Below, one piece after another: positions 11,490 through 23,430 of a DNA stretch of 64,000 nucleotides; position 1 is the stretch's first letter; every line of letters starts with the position of its first letter. The notes beneath the pieces are model-generated. The model made no database searches, was not told where the DNA came from, and saw only the letters and a program-made list of their open reading frames with translations. The translations under genes were made by a program, and so were the position numbers. The DNA is from Neophaeotheca triangularis (Eukaryota): assembly GCA_054600435.1 (NCBI GenBank), contig BAAIJX010000006.1:62001-126000 (forward strand). The letters run 5' to 3'.

Positions 11490-12893
11490 ATGGCTCGCTC
11501 CAAGATGCCATTGTTCCGGCTCCTCGCGTTGGTCTTGAACCTGGCATTGATGGTAATGGCCCAAACCCGGACCGGGATCGATACTGGTGTCCTGCCTATT
11601 GACACTTCACCGCTACTCTTTCCAAACTCGACGACTACGGCCACTGCAACATCTTCCATTGTTACGACAACGTTGGATTTTAGCGATGAATCACCGCCAC
11701 CCACGACCATGATCCCACAAGACACTACACCCGCTGCAACAACTCCTACGGTCACCATCGGCTCGACGGAACCATCCACCCAAGATGATGAGGCATCTGT
11801 CACCACTCAACCCACGGCTCCAGGAGAGCAACCCAGCGATGGACCAGTACAGACTACCACACCTGATCAGAATGAAGCCCCGACCGGGACGAGCACTGCA
11901 GGCGAAACGGGCGAGGCGTCAAAAAGCCCATCAGCAAGTATTGACGCAGGAACTGATGGCGTGACCGAGCAGACGCCAGCACCGCCGTCGTCGGTCAGTA
12001 CCACCGGCATCTCCAACGACATTGTCGATCAAACGGAAGCGACAGTGACGACAAGCACAGCAGGTACCGTTTTCACGCTCACTGTACCTGTGGCAAGCAC
12101 CGAGCCAGCACCAGCCAATCAGCTAGTAACCACTATCAGCGACTCAATCCTGAGCTTTAGTGTCCCTATCCTTACTGGTGATTCAGCCCAGCCGACAGCG
12201 ACGACAATATTGACTACTGTCGACGATCTGCCCTTGACCATAACCCTGTCCAACCTTCCTGCGAACGGAATCGAAGAAGCTGCCACCGCAACCACGTTGA
12301 CGACGATTCTAGACGATAGTACGCAGACAACCGTCGTCTTTCCACTCCCGTCGGCTCCCGAAGAAGCAGAAACCCCTGCAATATCAACCGCAGTTCGCAC
12401 TGTCAACAACATCCCTTTCACCTACACGCTCACCGCGCCCACAGCCCCACTTGAAGCTGCAGTAGCTTCTACAACAATCGTTCAGACCCTCGAGTCCACA
12501 ACCGCAACCTTTGTGCTCCCACTACCGACAGCTCCAGACACTGAACAAGACGAAGCAGTCACGACAGCCGTCCGCACACTCGGCAACTCCGTTTACACCT
12601 TCACGCTCACGGCATCCCACTTCGCAGCAACGCCAGAAGTGCAAGAAACCACCCTTGCCAACGACCAAGTCATAACTTTCGTCATCCCGCTGCCGACGCT
12701 TGAAGGTGCGACTGCGGCATTCACAACATCCACCGTCGCTCTCACTACTACAAACGCCGATGCCACGGGAACACCACCTATCCCGTTCGAGGGTGCGGCC
12801 GCCAGGCAGATTACGGCTAAAAGCTTCTTGGCGCCCGTCGTTGCTATAGGTAGTGGAGTCGTGTTGTCGGGTCTAGATTTCATCATGGGATGA
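11490..12893 (+). CDS. Secreted Thr-rich mucin-like protein, probably GPI-anchored; likely paralogue of the 8677 gene
   Basis: N-terminal signal peptide, degenerate Thr-rich repeats (TT..TF.LP.P), C-terminal PFEGAAA followed by a hydrophobic tail. Confidence 0.75.
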   Translation: MARSKMPLFRLLALVLNLALMVMAQTRTGIDTGVLPIDTSPLLFPNSTTTATATSSIVTTTLDFSDESPPPTTMIPQDTTPAATTPTVTIGSTEPSTQDDEASVTTQPTAPGEQPSDGPVQTTTPDQNEAPTGTSTAGETGEASKSPSASIDAGTDGVTEQTPAPPSSVSTTGISNDIVDQTEATVTTSTAGTVFTLTVPVASTEPAPANQLVTTISDSILSFSVPILTGDSAQPTATTILTTVDDLPLTITLSNLPANGIEEAATATTLTTILDDSTQTTVVFPLPSAPEEAETPAISTAVRTVNNIPFTYTLTAPTAPLEAAVASTTIVQTLESTTATFVLPLPTAPDTEQDEAVTTAVRTLGNSVYTFTLTASHFAATPEVQETTLANDQVITFVIPLPTLEGATAAFTTSTVALTTTNADATGTPPIPFEGAAARQITAKSFLAPVVAIGSGVVLSGLDFIMG

Positions 12894-13985
12894 GTGCTGT
12901 GCGCTTTTACCAACCCTCGTTACGAAGCAACAATCTGCTGACGGGGGCGTGGTTTGGTTCAGGAGGGGGGGGGAAGATGGGACCATGGCCGATGTCATTC
13001 ATCGAATGTGCCGTGGAAATCGTAGCTTTCGTTTTTATATCTTTCCATCGGCCCATCGGCCCATCTTCCAAGTCCCGCTTCTACAGTTTTGTGGCCATGA
13101 TGCTCTTGCTTTTCCGCTCGCTGGTTATAGCCATTGGTTTTTTTCTGTTTTGTTTTTCTTTTTTGGCTGAGCCTCAGGCATGGCGGCGTCTCCTACCCCG
13201 TACCCCCGTAACATTTATCTCCCTCCGGCTCCAAAAAAGCAGCCGTGGGGGAGGGGGGGGTGGAGGGGGCGCAAGACACAAGCTCCGCGAGCCTTTTCTC
13301 CAGTAAACACGATCGCAGAGCCGGGGGTTCCTCGTCCAAAACAGCAAGCAGCAAAGCAAATCACAGCTCTCCGAAGCCACTCACCTGAAACGCAGACAGA
13401 CAAGGCTGCGAAAGTGTAGGTATCATGTCTTCGAGCGCTTGGTTTCGTAACGGCAGTGTGGTTGATTGGAGTTACCCATGATTTCTTAGGTAGTGTACAG
13501 CTCAAGGGCTGGCGATCGTTTTGGGGCAATCGGGGGAGGTGCTTATGGCTGTTCTTTTTTTGGTAGCTAGCTTTGTATTGGGCTGAAGGGGTCGGGGCGT
13601 GTGCGTAGTTTAGGGGGAACGGGTGTCGAATGGTGAGCTTTTGTGGACGGGGATGAGTACTGGGTCAGTTGGTTGATGATGGGGATGAAGATGGACTGGT
13701 ACTCTGGGAATAGTGTGGTTATTATGGGATTTTGGGGATTACGTTCTATACTATTACTGATCGTGACGAGGAGATAGAAAAAAGAGTAAGATGGGTCACC
13801 CAGAACGCCTTCGCAAGAACCGCATCGCTGTTTCGCAAAATGAAGATTGAGCAGACTCGAGCGAGTCGGGTGAGCGTGGAACAAAGCTCACAGGCCGGCC
13901 GAACTGCTCGGATTGCTCGAAATGGGTTTCGGGGGTATCTCGTATCGAACGCAGTGGTTCGAACAGCGATGAAATTCGACTGTTC

Positions 13986-14894
13986 TCAAGCGCTCCCACC
14001 ATTGGTAGCAGGGGAACCGTAGTCGTTGTCCTGCTGGTTAGGCTTGCGGCCATCGTGGATAGCGTCCTTCTCGTCGTAGTCGTGGATGTACAGGCCCATC
14101 CTCGCGGGGTCGATACCACGGTGGCCCCAGATGAGCAGCGCACCGAAAACAGGCTTCGCGATGACGTCGAGGACGGCGTAGAAAGCGGCTTCGGAATCGG
14201 GAGCAATGAGATTGCCGCCCTCGCAGATGCCCCAGGCGATGGGGTAGAGGATCCACAGGAAAGCGGTCAACGAGCCGCACATGAGGAAGACGCGGCCAAT
14301 GTCCTTACCCAGTGCTGCGGCGTGGCGGCGCGCTTCCCAGACGAGCACCCAGACGATCCAGAAGAGGGCGACGCAGCCGAAGACGAAGTAGCCCCACTTG
14401 TAGCGTGAGTAGACGAGAGCGCCTACGAGGCCGGTCACGATCATGACCTCGTCGACGAGGATGGTGTAGAGGATGGAGGGCCAGGGCATGCCGGCGGTTA
14501 GGAGGAGGTCCATAAGGAGCAGGGGAGTCGTGATGAACCAGTCGATGTAGCGGACGTAGAAGATCTCGCGAGTCTGGCCGCGTACGACAGGGTCGCTGCG
14601 CTCAAATTCGACGGTGATGGCTGTCCAGCCGAGGTTGGCGCCCATGGTGAAGTAGGCGATGGCGGCGACCATGGTGATGCTGGCGGTGATGTAGTGGAAG
14701 ATGCGGTGTTGGCGGGGTTTTGTCGCGGAGAGACCGATGAAAACAAATGTTGCGACAGTCATGACAGCGCAGACGGCCCAGTAGACATTGCTGCCGTGTG
14801 TAGTGATTTCAATGTCTGCTTCGAGGTTGGGGTAAGAGTTGACTTGGAGGGCATCGTTTTCGCGCCGCTCCATAGGGATGGTGGTGGACGACAT
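13986..14894 (-). CDS. carO: Fungal rhodopsin, CarO-like (auxiliary ORP-like) putative light-driven proton pump
   Basis: Seven TM helices. Helix C RYIDWFITTPLLLMD gives the DTD motif (bacteriorhodopsin R82/D85/T89/D96). Helix F WILYPIAW and helix G DVIAK carry the retinal-binding Lys. Lies next to carotenoid genes. Confidence 0.9.
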   Translation of the reverse strand: MSSTTIPMERRENDALQVNSYPNLEADIEITTHGSNVYWAVCAVMTVATFVFIGLSATKPRQHRIFHYITASITMVAAIAYFTMGANLGWTAITVEFERSDPVVRGQTREIFYVRYIDWFITTPLLLMDLLLTAGMPWPSILYTILVDEVMIVTGLVGALVYSRYKWGYFVFGCVALFWIVWVLVWEARRHAAALGKDIGRVFLMCGSLTAFLWILYPIAWGICEGGNLIAPDSEAAFYAVLDVIAKPVFGALLIWGHRGIDPARMGLYIHDYDEKDAIHDGRKPNQQDNDYGSPATNGGSA

Positions 14895-17592
14895 GGTTGG
14901 TAAGTTTGGTGCCCGTAGGACTTGGGTGATTGCTCTAAGGTGGTGAGTGAGCAGCTGGCGTCACGGGGGGTGTATCTGGCGGTGAGGGAGCACTTGGGGA
15001 TGGAATGAGAGAGGAGACGGCCGAGGGGTCATATATCAATCAACAGTCGGCCCAGCCTCCGCGCCGGAGCACAGGGCAATTTCAAGGGAGCAAAGGAATA
15101 CCGGCATGACGTCGATAGTGGTGATGTCTTTCAGAGTTCGACTTGATAACTTAGACTCAGACGCGTCGCATCATGATCATGATCAAATCAATTAAGCTCG
15201 ACCTTTCCTGTAACGGTAAGGTAAGGGGAAAAGACGCTCGAGCTTGTAGCGTGACAAGTTGACAAGGGCAAGAATCGGATGGCTCGGAAAAGGAATAATG
15301 TGTCATGTCGACATGCCAAGCACATGTCTACCTAGGGAGAGCAGGGTAGGGAGACGGCGCAGATGGGGCGCGGGAGCCACGGAAAAGCAGAGAAAAGGCT
15401 TGTAAAGTGCAAGAGAAGACCAGATCGAATGAAGAAATGGATGCCGAATCGCCGTCCGTGTTTGGCGTAACTAAGGAAAGGCGTGAGACAAATGAAAGAT
15501 AGCGCTGTAGGAGGTACGACGGGTACGCGACGACGTCATGGATCGAGGAAGAGGTGAAGTCAAAGAGTCTTCCAATTATTGGAGAGAGATGTCGACGGGT
15601 AAATCGGCAAGGCTAGCACAGCTAGGATCGATGGACTATCCAGGTAAGGCCTAACGCTGAGTTTATCAAAGAAGCTTACCGCCGTCAAAATCCCATCACT
15701 TTCACTTTCCCATCGGTCTTTCCTCGCCAAGGAAGTGACGGCAGCGTGGGCGACAAAGCTTAGGTTGCTTATGACAAGGACTTTCCCCTCTAACTAGGAG
15801 GTATATATCATCAACGGCAGCGTTTGTGGCGTCGACAAATATCGACTGCACTCCTATATAAAACAGTGGCAAGATACTCGCAGTTCGCCAAAGCGCCTTT
15901 CCTTGAACCTCCTAGCAATCGTGCAATGTAGACAATGGTACGGTACATACCTAGTAGGTAGTAGGTAGGTAAGGCAGAAGAGATACAAACATTAGAATAC
16001 GTCAGGATCATCACGCGGCATCCCCCGCCTGCCTGTCAAACGCGATCAGTAACGATCCTCATCTTTCGCCCGACAACGGCAACGGCGACTAAATTAGAGC
16101 AAAGTTAACGGTGATCGCCTGATCGTTAGAACAAGGGCAGAGCCGCAAAAACGAGATACCCGCGTCGTTCGGTCCTTCGGCGGTGCGCCGTGGCGGTACG
16201 GGGCAGCTAGCAACCTCACATCATATCATTACATGTTGCAGGACCATCACACTGCTCGCATAATGATGGCAGAAGCACATTTCGATCAATCTAGAGTGCC
16301 AGCATAGGCCGCTTGCGCCCTTATCGCTGAAATGGAGCGACATTCCCTTCAGTTCTACCACAGTAGTAAACAAATCCAGCTCAAATACCTCGCCGAACGA
16401 TCCAAACCGATACCCAAACATTTGCTCATCCCTACCCTTTTCGTTGAGCACCCACCCCCAAACCAGGGCATGCAGACCTCACCCACCTCAGGCTTCCCGA
16501 ACCGGACCGCGCCGCAAAGAATTCCTCCTTCCCACAGCCTCCCACGTTCGCCTCCAAACTACAGCCGGCCGGCAGTGAGAACCGCTTCCAGCCCTTGGAG
16601 ACACGCCACCGCGCGTTCAAGTCTCGGGCGTGGCATCTACCGCCTTTCTCCTTCCCGGACGTCCGCGCTCGACACCAAGCCGTCCTCACCAGGATCAAGA
16701 CTTCCCAAGCACGCAAAGGTAGACAAGGATGTTTAGTGGAATTATCTCCTGGAAGCGCGCGCGCGCGGGGGAAGGCCCTGGCTACCTAGTTACTTCACCG
16801 GGGTGCGAACGAGAAAGGAGGGGGTTTGAGGTTTTGTGCTTAAAATCTCGGACGCATGTGTGTATTACTAGTTGGGGTTTTGGCGCTGTGGGAGTAGCGT
16901 TGGCCTCGGAGAGGCTCTCGGAGAGAGCGTGCGAGCACGTGGGCGAAGTGGTGAGTTTAGTCATATCCTCTTCCACAGGCTTGAGGAACCAGGTGAAGGA
17001 GAGGTAGGGGAAGGGGACGGTAGGTCACGGACGGGGAAGAAGCAGTCGACCCGACTTCTGCCTTGGGTTTGTGCTTCTGGGTTGAGTTACTGAAAAACAC
17101 CACGCATACGATTGCTCGTGATCCTGAGAGCAAGCGTTTGACTAAGGGTGATAGTTGTCGGAAGCACACACACACACACACACAAATCCCTCACACATCC
17201 ACTCGCGTCCTGACTTCTCGTCTCCTAACCCCCTTTCTGCAAGAGCCACGAGCGGGATCGTCCGATTTGTATCAACTCCCAGCCCACACTCCATCCATGG
17301 AGAAACTCCCGACGCGGAGACCAGGCGTTACGCATCAGGCGGAAGAGATTAGTAAGTCCGCTACGTGAGGAGCCAAGGCATCATCGACGTCGCCTCTGAG
17401 CTATAAAAAGTAATCAAGCTTCTAAACTGTGGTTACAGTTTTCGGGTCAGTCGCTGCTAGACTGGGTAATAGGAAAAGGCGGAAGAGAGATGGGAGTAAG
17501 TTGTTGGTCGTAGCCGTCTTTGGGACGAAGTCACAACTATCTTTTCGTTCTTCTATGAATATCTTCACATCCCTCACTAACCCCTAAGCCTC

Positions 17593-19590
17593 TTACCATC
17601 CCCACGCCAAAACCGCAAAAACCACCAGCAAAACCAGCAGCACCAAAGTCGGCCCCCCTTCAAACCCAGCCCACTCCACCCATCCCCTCTCCACCCGATC
17701 CAGCTTGCCCCTCCCCTTCCCTTCCAACCCCTGCTCCTGACCCTGATTCCCCTCCCCAACAACCCAAGGAACCCCCACCCCAAGATCCGCACAAACTTGC
17801 TCAGCAACCAACTTCCCGCCAGCGAGACAGATCGGCACGCCCGTCCCCGGATGCACCGAGGCACCGACCATATACAACCCCCTGACGTCCCTGTTCGCAC
17901 CTCTACCGACATCGCCCACCAGCTCTCCCACCCTGCCTAACATCCCCCCGCCGAGTTTACCGTCTAGCCACCCGCCTCGACGTGCGCGAGTCGAGGGCCG
18001 GAAGGAGAGGACGTTGAAGAAGGAGTGGGAGAGGCCGAGGATGGCGCCTTGGGAGAGGTTGAAGTTGGAGAGCCAGGTTAGGGGGGTGTTGGTTTGTTCG
18101 TGAGTGATTAGGGGGGTTAGGTCGACGGAGGTGCGGGTCGCAATAGTTTGGAGGATTGTGCGGCGGGCTAAGGCGAGCATGGCGGGCCAATCTTGGGTTG
18201 AGGTTGGAGGGAGGCCAGGTTGGGAGGCTGGGGAGGCTTGATCGAGGGTTTTGGTGGTGGTGGTGGTGGGTTGGGTTAGTTGCGCGGCTTCCGAGTTGGT
18301 GAGGAGGTGTCCGACGGGAACGAGAACGACGACGCTGTCTTTACCCTCTGGAGCGGCGGTGGGGTCGACGCGGCTGGGCACGTTGACGTAGAAAGAGGGT
18401 TGGTCGGGGATGAGGTGTTTTTTGAAAATGCTGTCGAAGGACTCCTTGTACTCGTCAGCGAGGAAAATATTGTGAGCATTCAATTCCGGGACTTTGCGGT
18501 CCAGCGCCCAGTAAAATGAGATGCTCGAGCAGCTCGCCGGTCTTCGCGCCAGGGATTCTGCATAGGGTGTTTTGGGCAGCAAGTTCTCGTAAGCGTAAAC
18601 AAGGTCCGAGTTGTTGACCACCACATCCGCGGTCAGTACTTCCCCATTCTCCAGCCGCACGCCCGTCGTTCTTGATCCATCCTCCGTGAGCACAATCTTC
18701 TCAACCCCAGTATTAAGCCTGTATTTCACTCCCAACCGTTCCCCGACCTCCACAAGGGCCTGCACAACCCGATGAAACCCGCCAACCGGATACCAAATCC
18801 CCTCAGCCAGTTCCGTATACTGCAGCAAACTATACGTCCCGGGAGCATCAAAAGGGCTCATCCCCATGTACATGCTGCCAAAAGTAAAAACCCTCCTCAA
18901 CCTTTCCGTCCAAAAGTACCGACTCGCCCTCCCCCAAATCGACTCAAAAGGATGCAATTCCAGCAAATGCCTCAAAAACTCCAACCTCAACATACTCTTC
19001 AAACTGGTAAAATTCCTCAACAGCACATGACTAACACTCAGCTCATAATGCGCATGGCTCTCCCTCATAAAAGCCAAATACCGCGAGTAACCATCCCGGC
19101 CCTCCCAACGAGTAACCTCATCCTTCATCGCCGCCAAATCCGTCGACAGAGTAAAAGTCTCGCCATCCCCAAAGAAAATCTTATAATTCGGCTCGCACTT
19201 CAACAACTCGACCCCCTCGCGGCCCATGGTCGTCCCCAGCTCTTCAAAAGTCCTATGGAAAAGCCTAGGCAGCAGCAGCAACGAGGGCCCCTGGTCGAAA
19301 CGCTGGAAAATCCCATGCCGAGTCAGCAAGTCGAGCCCATCAAAAGTCTCCATAATACCACCTCCCTCGTCCCTCCTGCCCCCGATCTCTTGGCTGGGAA
19401 TCGTACTCACCCATCCCTCATGCCATAGCAAACTGCACCGGCCTCCGGTAAAGCCATTCTTCTCAACAACCGTGACTTCAAACCCAGCTTTTGCCAACCG
19501 CGCGGCGGTGGAAACACCTCCGACGCCGGCGCCGATGACTATGGCAGTTTTGCCGTTCTTGGGACTAGAAGTCTTCTTCTCGTCAACCAT
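17593..19590 (-). CDS. carB: Phytoene desaturase (CrtI type)
   Basis: FAD-binding IVIGAGVGG, RFDQGPSL, YMGMSPFDAPGTYSLLQY and VGASVHPGTGVPICL. Probable 108-nt intron at 19303-19410 (gtgagt...ttccag). Confidence 0.95.
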   Translation of the reverse strand: MVDEKKTSSPKNGKTAIVIGAGVGGVSTAARLAKAGFEVTVVEKNGFTGGRCSLLWHEGWVSTIPSQEIGGRRDEGGGIMETFDGLDLLTRHGIFQRFDQGPSLLLLPRLFHRTFEELGTTMGREGVELLKCEPNYKIFFGDGETFTLSTDLAAMKDEVTRWEGRDGYSRYLAFMRESHAHYELSVSHVLLRNFTSLKSMLRLEFLRHLLELHPFESIWGRASRYFWTERLRRVFTFGSMYMGMSPFDAPGTYSLLQYTELAEGIWYPVGGFHRVVQALVEVGERLGVKYRLNTGVEKIVLTEDGSRTTGVRLENGEVLTADVVVNNSDLVYAYENLLPKTPYAESLARRPASCSSISFYWALDRKVPELNAHNIFLADEYKESFDSIFKKHLIPDQPSFYVNVPSRVDPTAAPEGKDSVVVLVPVGHLLTNSEAAQLTQPTTTTTKTLDQASPASQPGLPPTSTQDWPAMLALARRTILQTIATRTSVDLTPLITHEQTNTPLTWLSNFNLSQGAILGLSHSFFNVLSFRPSTRARRGGWLDGKLGGGMLGRVGELVGDVGRGANRDVRGLYMVGASVHPGTGVPICLAGGKLVAEQVCADLGVGVPWVVGEGNQGQEQGLEGKGRGKLDRVERGWVEWAGFEGGPTLVLLVLLVVFAVLAWGW

Positions 19591-20257
19591 GTCGATGGAG
19601 TATTATTGAGAGCAAGATGGATCGAAGTCATGGTGAGGATGCGTGGGAAGTGTAGTAAGTATGTATCGCGTGGCTTTCACATGCTAGGACTGGATACGGT
19701 AAGGTAGAGGTGGGACGATTACTTTATCTTATCGCACGTATGCAAGATGCACTAGGAAGTGCCAAAAGCTTGTTCCTGGTGGCATGATACGTTTATGCAA
19801 AGCGGCCCATTTTTGTTTCTTCAGAGACGAGTGTATTTTTATTGTCATTACGCCCGGTAAATAATGACAGGAGTCGAGCTTCCAGATTTTGCAAGGTTGC
19901 GTAGATGGTTTCGAGACCGTTCATGGAAATGGGTGTTCGGCGGAGCGCAAGCCAAGGGACCAGGCTTGTTTACTTACTACTGTGCAGCAAAAGAGAGAGG
20001 CTATAGAGAGAGAGATGGTTCGAGAAGTGGGAACGACGGGGTTATGTTCAAGACAAGCGTAAGCGAATAAGTAAAGAGTAGGTAGCTAAGAAGGGTATAT
20101 GTGCAGATTGTCCAAGTCAAACTCCAACCTCAAATCGTAAGGCAAAGTACCACCGCAGTCCCAACAGCAGCCCCCCATTAACCCACCGAAGCCACAACCA
20201 AACAGTACTCGCACCGCCATCGATGCTCACAAGCAGCACGAAGCAACCGCCGCCCTC

Positions 20258-22447
20258 TTACCCAAGAAGCCTCTCCACCCCATCCCTAACCATCATCCAC
20301 AATCCCCCTTCCTTTTCCCCAGTCACAGCCTCCACACTCCTGTACCCCTCCACCCCCCTCTGGCCCCCCACCTTCTCCTTGGGAAAAAAGCTTCCATGCA
20401 ACCCATAAGGCACCCTCTGCGGCAACAGCACCTTGCCCACAACCTCCTTCATCCCCTTGGCGTCGAGAACCCACAGTTCACTCCTCGCTCGAACCTTCTC
20501 ATCGTCATCAGCAGGCGGGTCACCCGTCGTTGGATCGAGTTGGGATTCATCGAAGACGTAGAACAGCAGGAAGCCATCGTCTTCGCTCGAGGGAGTGGCC
20601 GAGGGCACGAAGCGGGGTTCTTGCGCGTAGCAGCCCGCCGGGAGGGTGAAGACCTGGATGGGGTCTTGGGAAGCGATTTCGGGGGATTGTGAAGCTTGTT
20701 GGGTTAGAACTTCGGGCATGCTGCGTTTGTCGACGACACCGGTGACGGCGGAAGGGGGGTGGGCTTTGCCTCGCGCAATGAGGGTTGCAGTGTTGACTTT
20801 GACAAGAGCGTCGATTTTGGTTGCTTTACCGAGGGCGCTGCCAAAGGAGGTGGTGGTAGTGCTGCAGCCGTAGATGTAGCGTGCGGATTGCATCTCGAGG
20901 GACGGGTGGGTTGAGGGGAATTCAAAGGGAATGGCTGTGAGGGCCCATTGGTGGGTTATGGTGCCAGTTAACAGAGAGAAGTGGTAGTAGTAGAGGCGGC
21001 ATTGGTCTTCTTCGTACAGGGATTCTTCGGTCACGACTTTGGTCAGAGGGGGAAGGAAGGGGTCGGTGGAGGTTGGAGATGGGAGGCTGGCGTCGGATTC
21101 GTCGTAGGGGGAGAAGAAGGACATGCGTTTCAGTTCCGATGTTATGGCTGTGGGTTTGCGTTCTTCGGGGGCGGCGATGTTACCGGCTGCGTAGACCATT
21201 GTTGCTGAGGTGAGGCGGCAGGCGAGCATGTTGACGGCAATGGTCTTACCCATGTCGTCAACATCATCCCAGGTGTTGGCTGTGTGGAAGATGCAGCAAG
21301 CGTCGGTCTCGAACCAGCAAACATTGTCGGGTTGGCGGCGGGGAAAGACGCCAAAGCGGGAGGGCTTGCTTGAGTCGTAGTGGAGTGCGGGAATGCCTTT
21401 GACTTGGTTGATCGGGTCGAGGGAGAGTGGTAAATCCATGATGACGGTGTGTCTGAGCGAGACGCCAAAGTCGTGCATCATCTTCGAGCCGGATACTCCA
21501 GCAACTCCAGCATTGAGTACTTTGCCTCCTCTCTTCTCAGGGGTAGGGTTTGACGACTCGGCCGGGATGATGCTGTACTGCACATACGGCGGCGCAAAGC
21601 TCGAATGATACATGAGCATCTCGTTCGAGATTGGGTCGACCTTGGGGTGTGCAGTCGTCCATTCGCGCATCCAGCTTATCAAGCCGCCATCTTCGCCAAG
21701 GACGTGCTCTTTTTCATCTCCCACTTTCTTCGGCTCGCCTTCAGCAGAGGAACCATTATACCAGCCGACTGTCTCTAGCCCAGGTAGCTGTACTCTCATC
21801 GGTGGGCCACTCTCACACGTCGCCAAAGCCCGACCATCGTGAAAGATGATATGTGTATTGCCAACACTAATCTTCTTAATCTTTTGCTTCGAGCCAGGCA
21901 AATGGGAAAGAATGACGAGGAATATCGCGCGCAGGATGCGCAGGGTAACCCAGAATATGCTTGCGACGGGGCTGACGAGAGTGGCGATTGAGGGCAGTAT
22001 GGGTACTTTTAGATGCGGGCTCGCTAGCGTTGAGAGGTAGAGGTCGGTCAGGACGAATTGATTGACGAATTCAGGCTCAATTTTGCCAGTCTGTTTGTTC
22101 TTTGGGAAAGATACACCCGACAACATTCCGTCGCCGTCGAACCAGTGTGCATCACGGCCGAGATCCTCGTTGGAGACTGGATTGCTGCCATTGCGAACGT
22201 ATTCACCATCTGCGAGCTCTTCGGGGATGGTGCCGGTGAAGGTGCAGGGTGTGAGAGGGAGGGTTTGTTGGATTGGGGCGAAGTTGCCTATCAGATAGCT
22301 GGGTTGCATGTCAGCATGTTGTAAGCAGATTGGTAGTAGAGAAGGGGTGTGGTCGTACGGATGTCTCTCTTGTGGACCAGGAAGGATGGCCTGGCTGATG
22401 GTCCTCTTGCGCTTGTGCCCCGCCACTGGAGCTATAGGTTCAAGCAT
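20258..22447 (-). CDS. carX: Carotenoid cleavage oxygenase, putative retinal-forming
   Basis: GNFAP, YVRNGSNP and HWFDGDGM motifs, plus four Fe-ligand His (TAHPK, MMHDF, IFHTAN, GLHG). Probable 60-nt intron at 22299-22358 restores HPYLIGNFAP. Confidence 0.9.
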   Translation of the reverse strand: MLEPIAPVAGHKRKRTISQAILPGPQERHPYDHTPSLLPICLQHADMQPSYLIGNFAPIQQTLPLTPCTFTGTIPEELADGEYVRNGSNPVSNEDLGRDAHWFDGDGMLSGVSFPKNKQTGKIEPEFVNQFVLTDLYLSTLASPHLKVPILPSIATLVSPVASIFWVTLRILRAIFLVILSHLPGSKQKIKKISVGNTHIIFHDGRALATCESGPPMRVQLPGLETVGWYNGSSAEGEPKKVGDEKEHVLGEDGGLISWMREWTTAHPKVDPISNEMLMYHSSFAPPYVQYSIIPAESSNPTPEKRGGKVLNAGVAGVSGSKMMHDFGVSLRHTVIMDLPLSLDPINQVKGIPALHYDSSKPSRFGVFPRRQPDNVCWFETDACCIFHTANTWDDVDDMGKTIAVNMLACRLTSATMVYAAGNIAAPEERKPTAITSELKRMSFFSPYDESDASLPSPTSTDPFLPPLTKVVTEESLYEEDQCRLYYYHFSLLTGTITHQWALTAIPFEFPSTHPSLEMQSARYIYGCSTTTTSFGSALGKATKIDALVKVNTATLIARGKAHPPSAVTGVVDKRSMPEVLTQQASQSPEIASQDPIQVFTLPAGCYAQEPRFVPSATPSSEDDGFLLFYVFDESQLDPTTGDPPADDDEKVRARSELWVLDAKGMKEVVGKVLLPQRVPYGLHGSFFPKEKVGGQRGVEGYRSVEAVTGEKEGGLWMMVRDGVERLLG

Positions 22448-23430
22448 GCTGGGCAATACGGGGGGATGTAGCAAGAGTCGGTTGGGTTGTGGCAGAAAGT
22501 GGTGTTTGATCTGAGGAGTCCCTCAAGGTATCATCGAGTTGGAGGTGAAAGCAGCAGTGGAGAGGTGCGATGTGAGGCAAGATCTGATATCGAGGAAAGG
22601 CGGGCAAGACACGTCCTCTTACCGAGTGGGCAGAGTGGGCAGAGAGGGCAGAGGGCGGCAGGCAGCATGAGTTGTCGTCTTTCACATGTCAAACTTGACA
22701 GAGGTTGCCAGACCCCCGTCGTCTCTTCGCCTCGCTTGCGCGGATGCATGAGAAGTACAGCACCTTCACCTTACAGTTTGTTACTAGCAAGTTATTACTC
22801 AGCCAGTGGCACAGTCGGCAGGTCGGAGTTTCGTCACAAATTGGAATGATATGGCAAAGTGTGTATTTTTCATAGTACTTGACTAACGGTAACGTCAAGT
22901 CAACTGGAAGTCAACGGGTAGAGAATTGTGTAATCATACCTTAGCAATAATGCCCTTCCATCGCGATCCGAACGGCGAGCGTCCATATCTGGCGGAGACG
23001 TCACGTCACACGAGAACACGGCCCGGCAAACACCCGACATCCACCATCCACCATGTCCATGACCCAATCTGCACCGTGTCACACGGCGATAAGATTAGAT
23101 GAGATGAGACTGACTGCCAGCCAAGAAATAAGTTACCCGTGGACCGACCTACCGTAGGCAAGGTAGGTCTAACAAGAAAATGGAACTGCCTGTCTGTAAG
23201 TACCATCACTTTCTATACTACTACATACTTACTACTACTGCTGCCTCCCTCCGTTTCGGTTGACATGGTTGCGACTGCCTTTGGCCCATGATCACACCCC
23301 GTCTGTCTTTTTGTCTTCCCCCCCTCTCTCCCGTCTGTACATACAAAGCCTGCCGCCGGCATCATGTTTTGAATATCGTCGTAATAATCACCGTCATCCT
23401 TTGTCACTAAGGTAAATATCTGGCAAAATC
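22448..23430. promoter_or_regulatory. Divergent (bidirectional) carX-carRA promoter region
   Basis: Head-to-head ATGs about 1 kb apart, as in the Fusarium car cluster. Several GAT-repeat motifs at about 22581, 22958 and 23087. Confidence 0.6.

Noticed and set aside
15948..15975. TACCTA/TAGGTA runs and palindromes (also near 2233, 23147, 45302, 55764)
   Set aside because: Common low-complexity motif of fungal intergenic DNA; no terminal inverted repeats or target-site duplication to support a mobile element.
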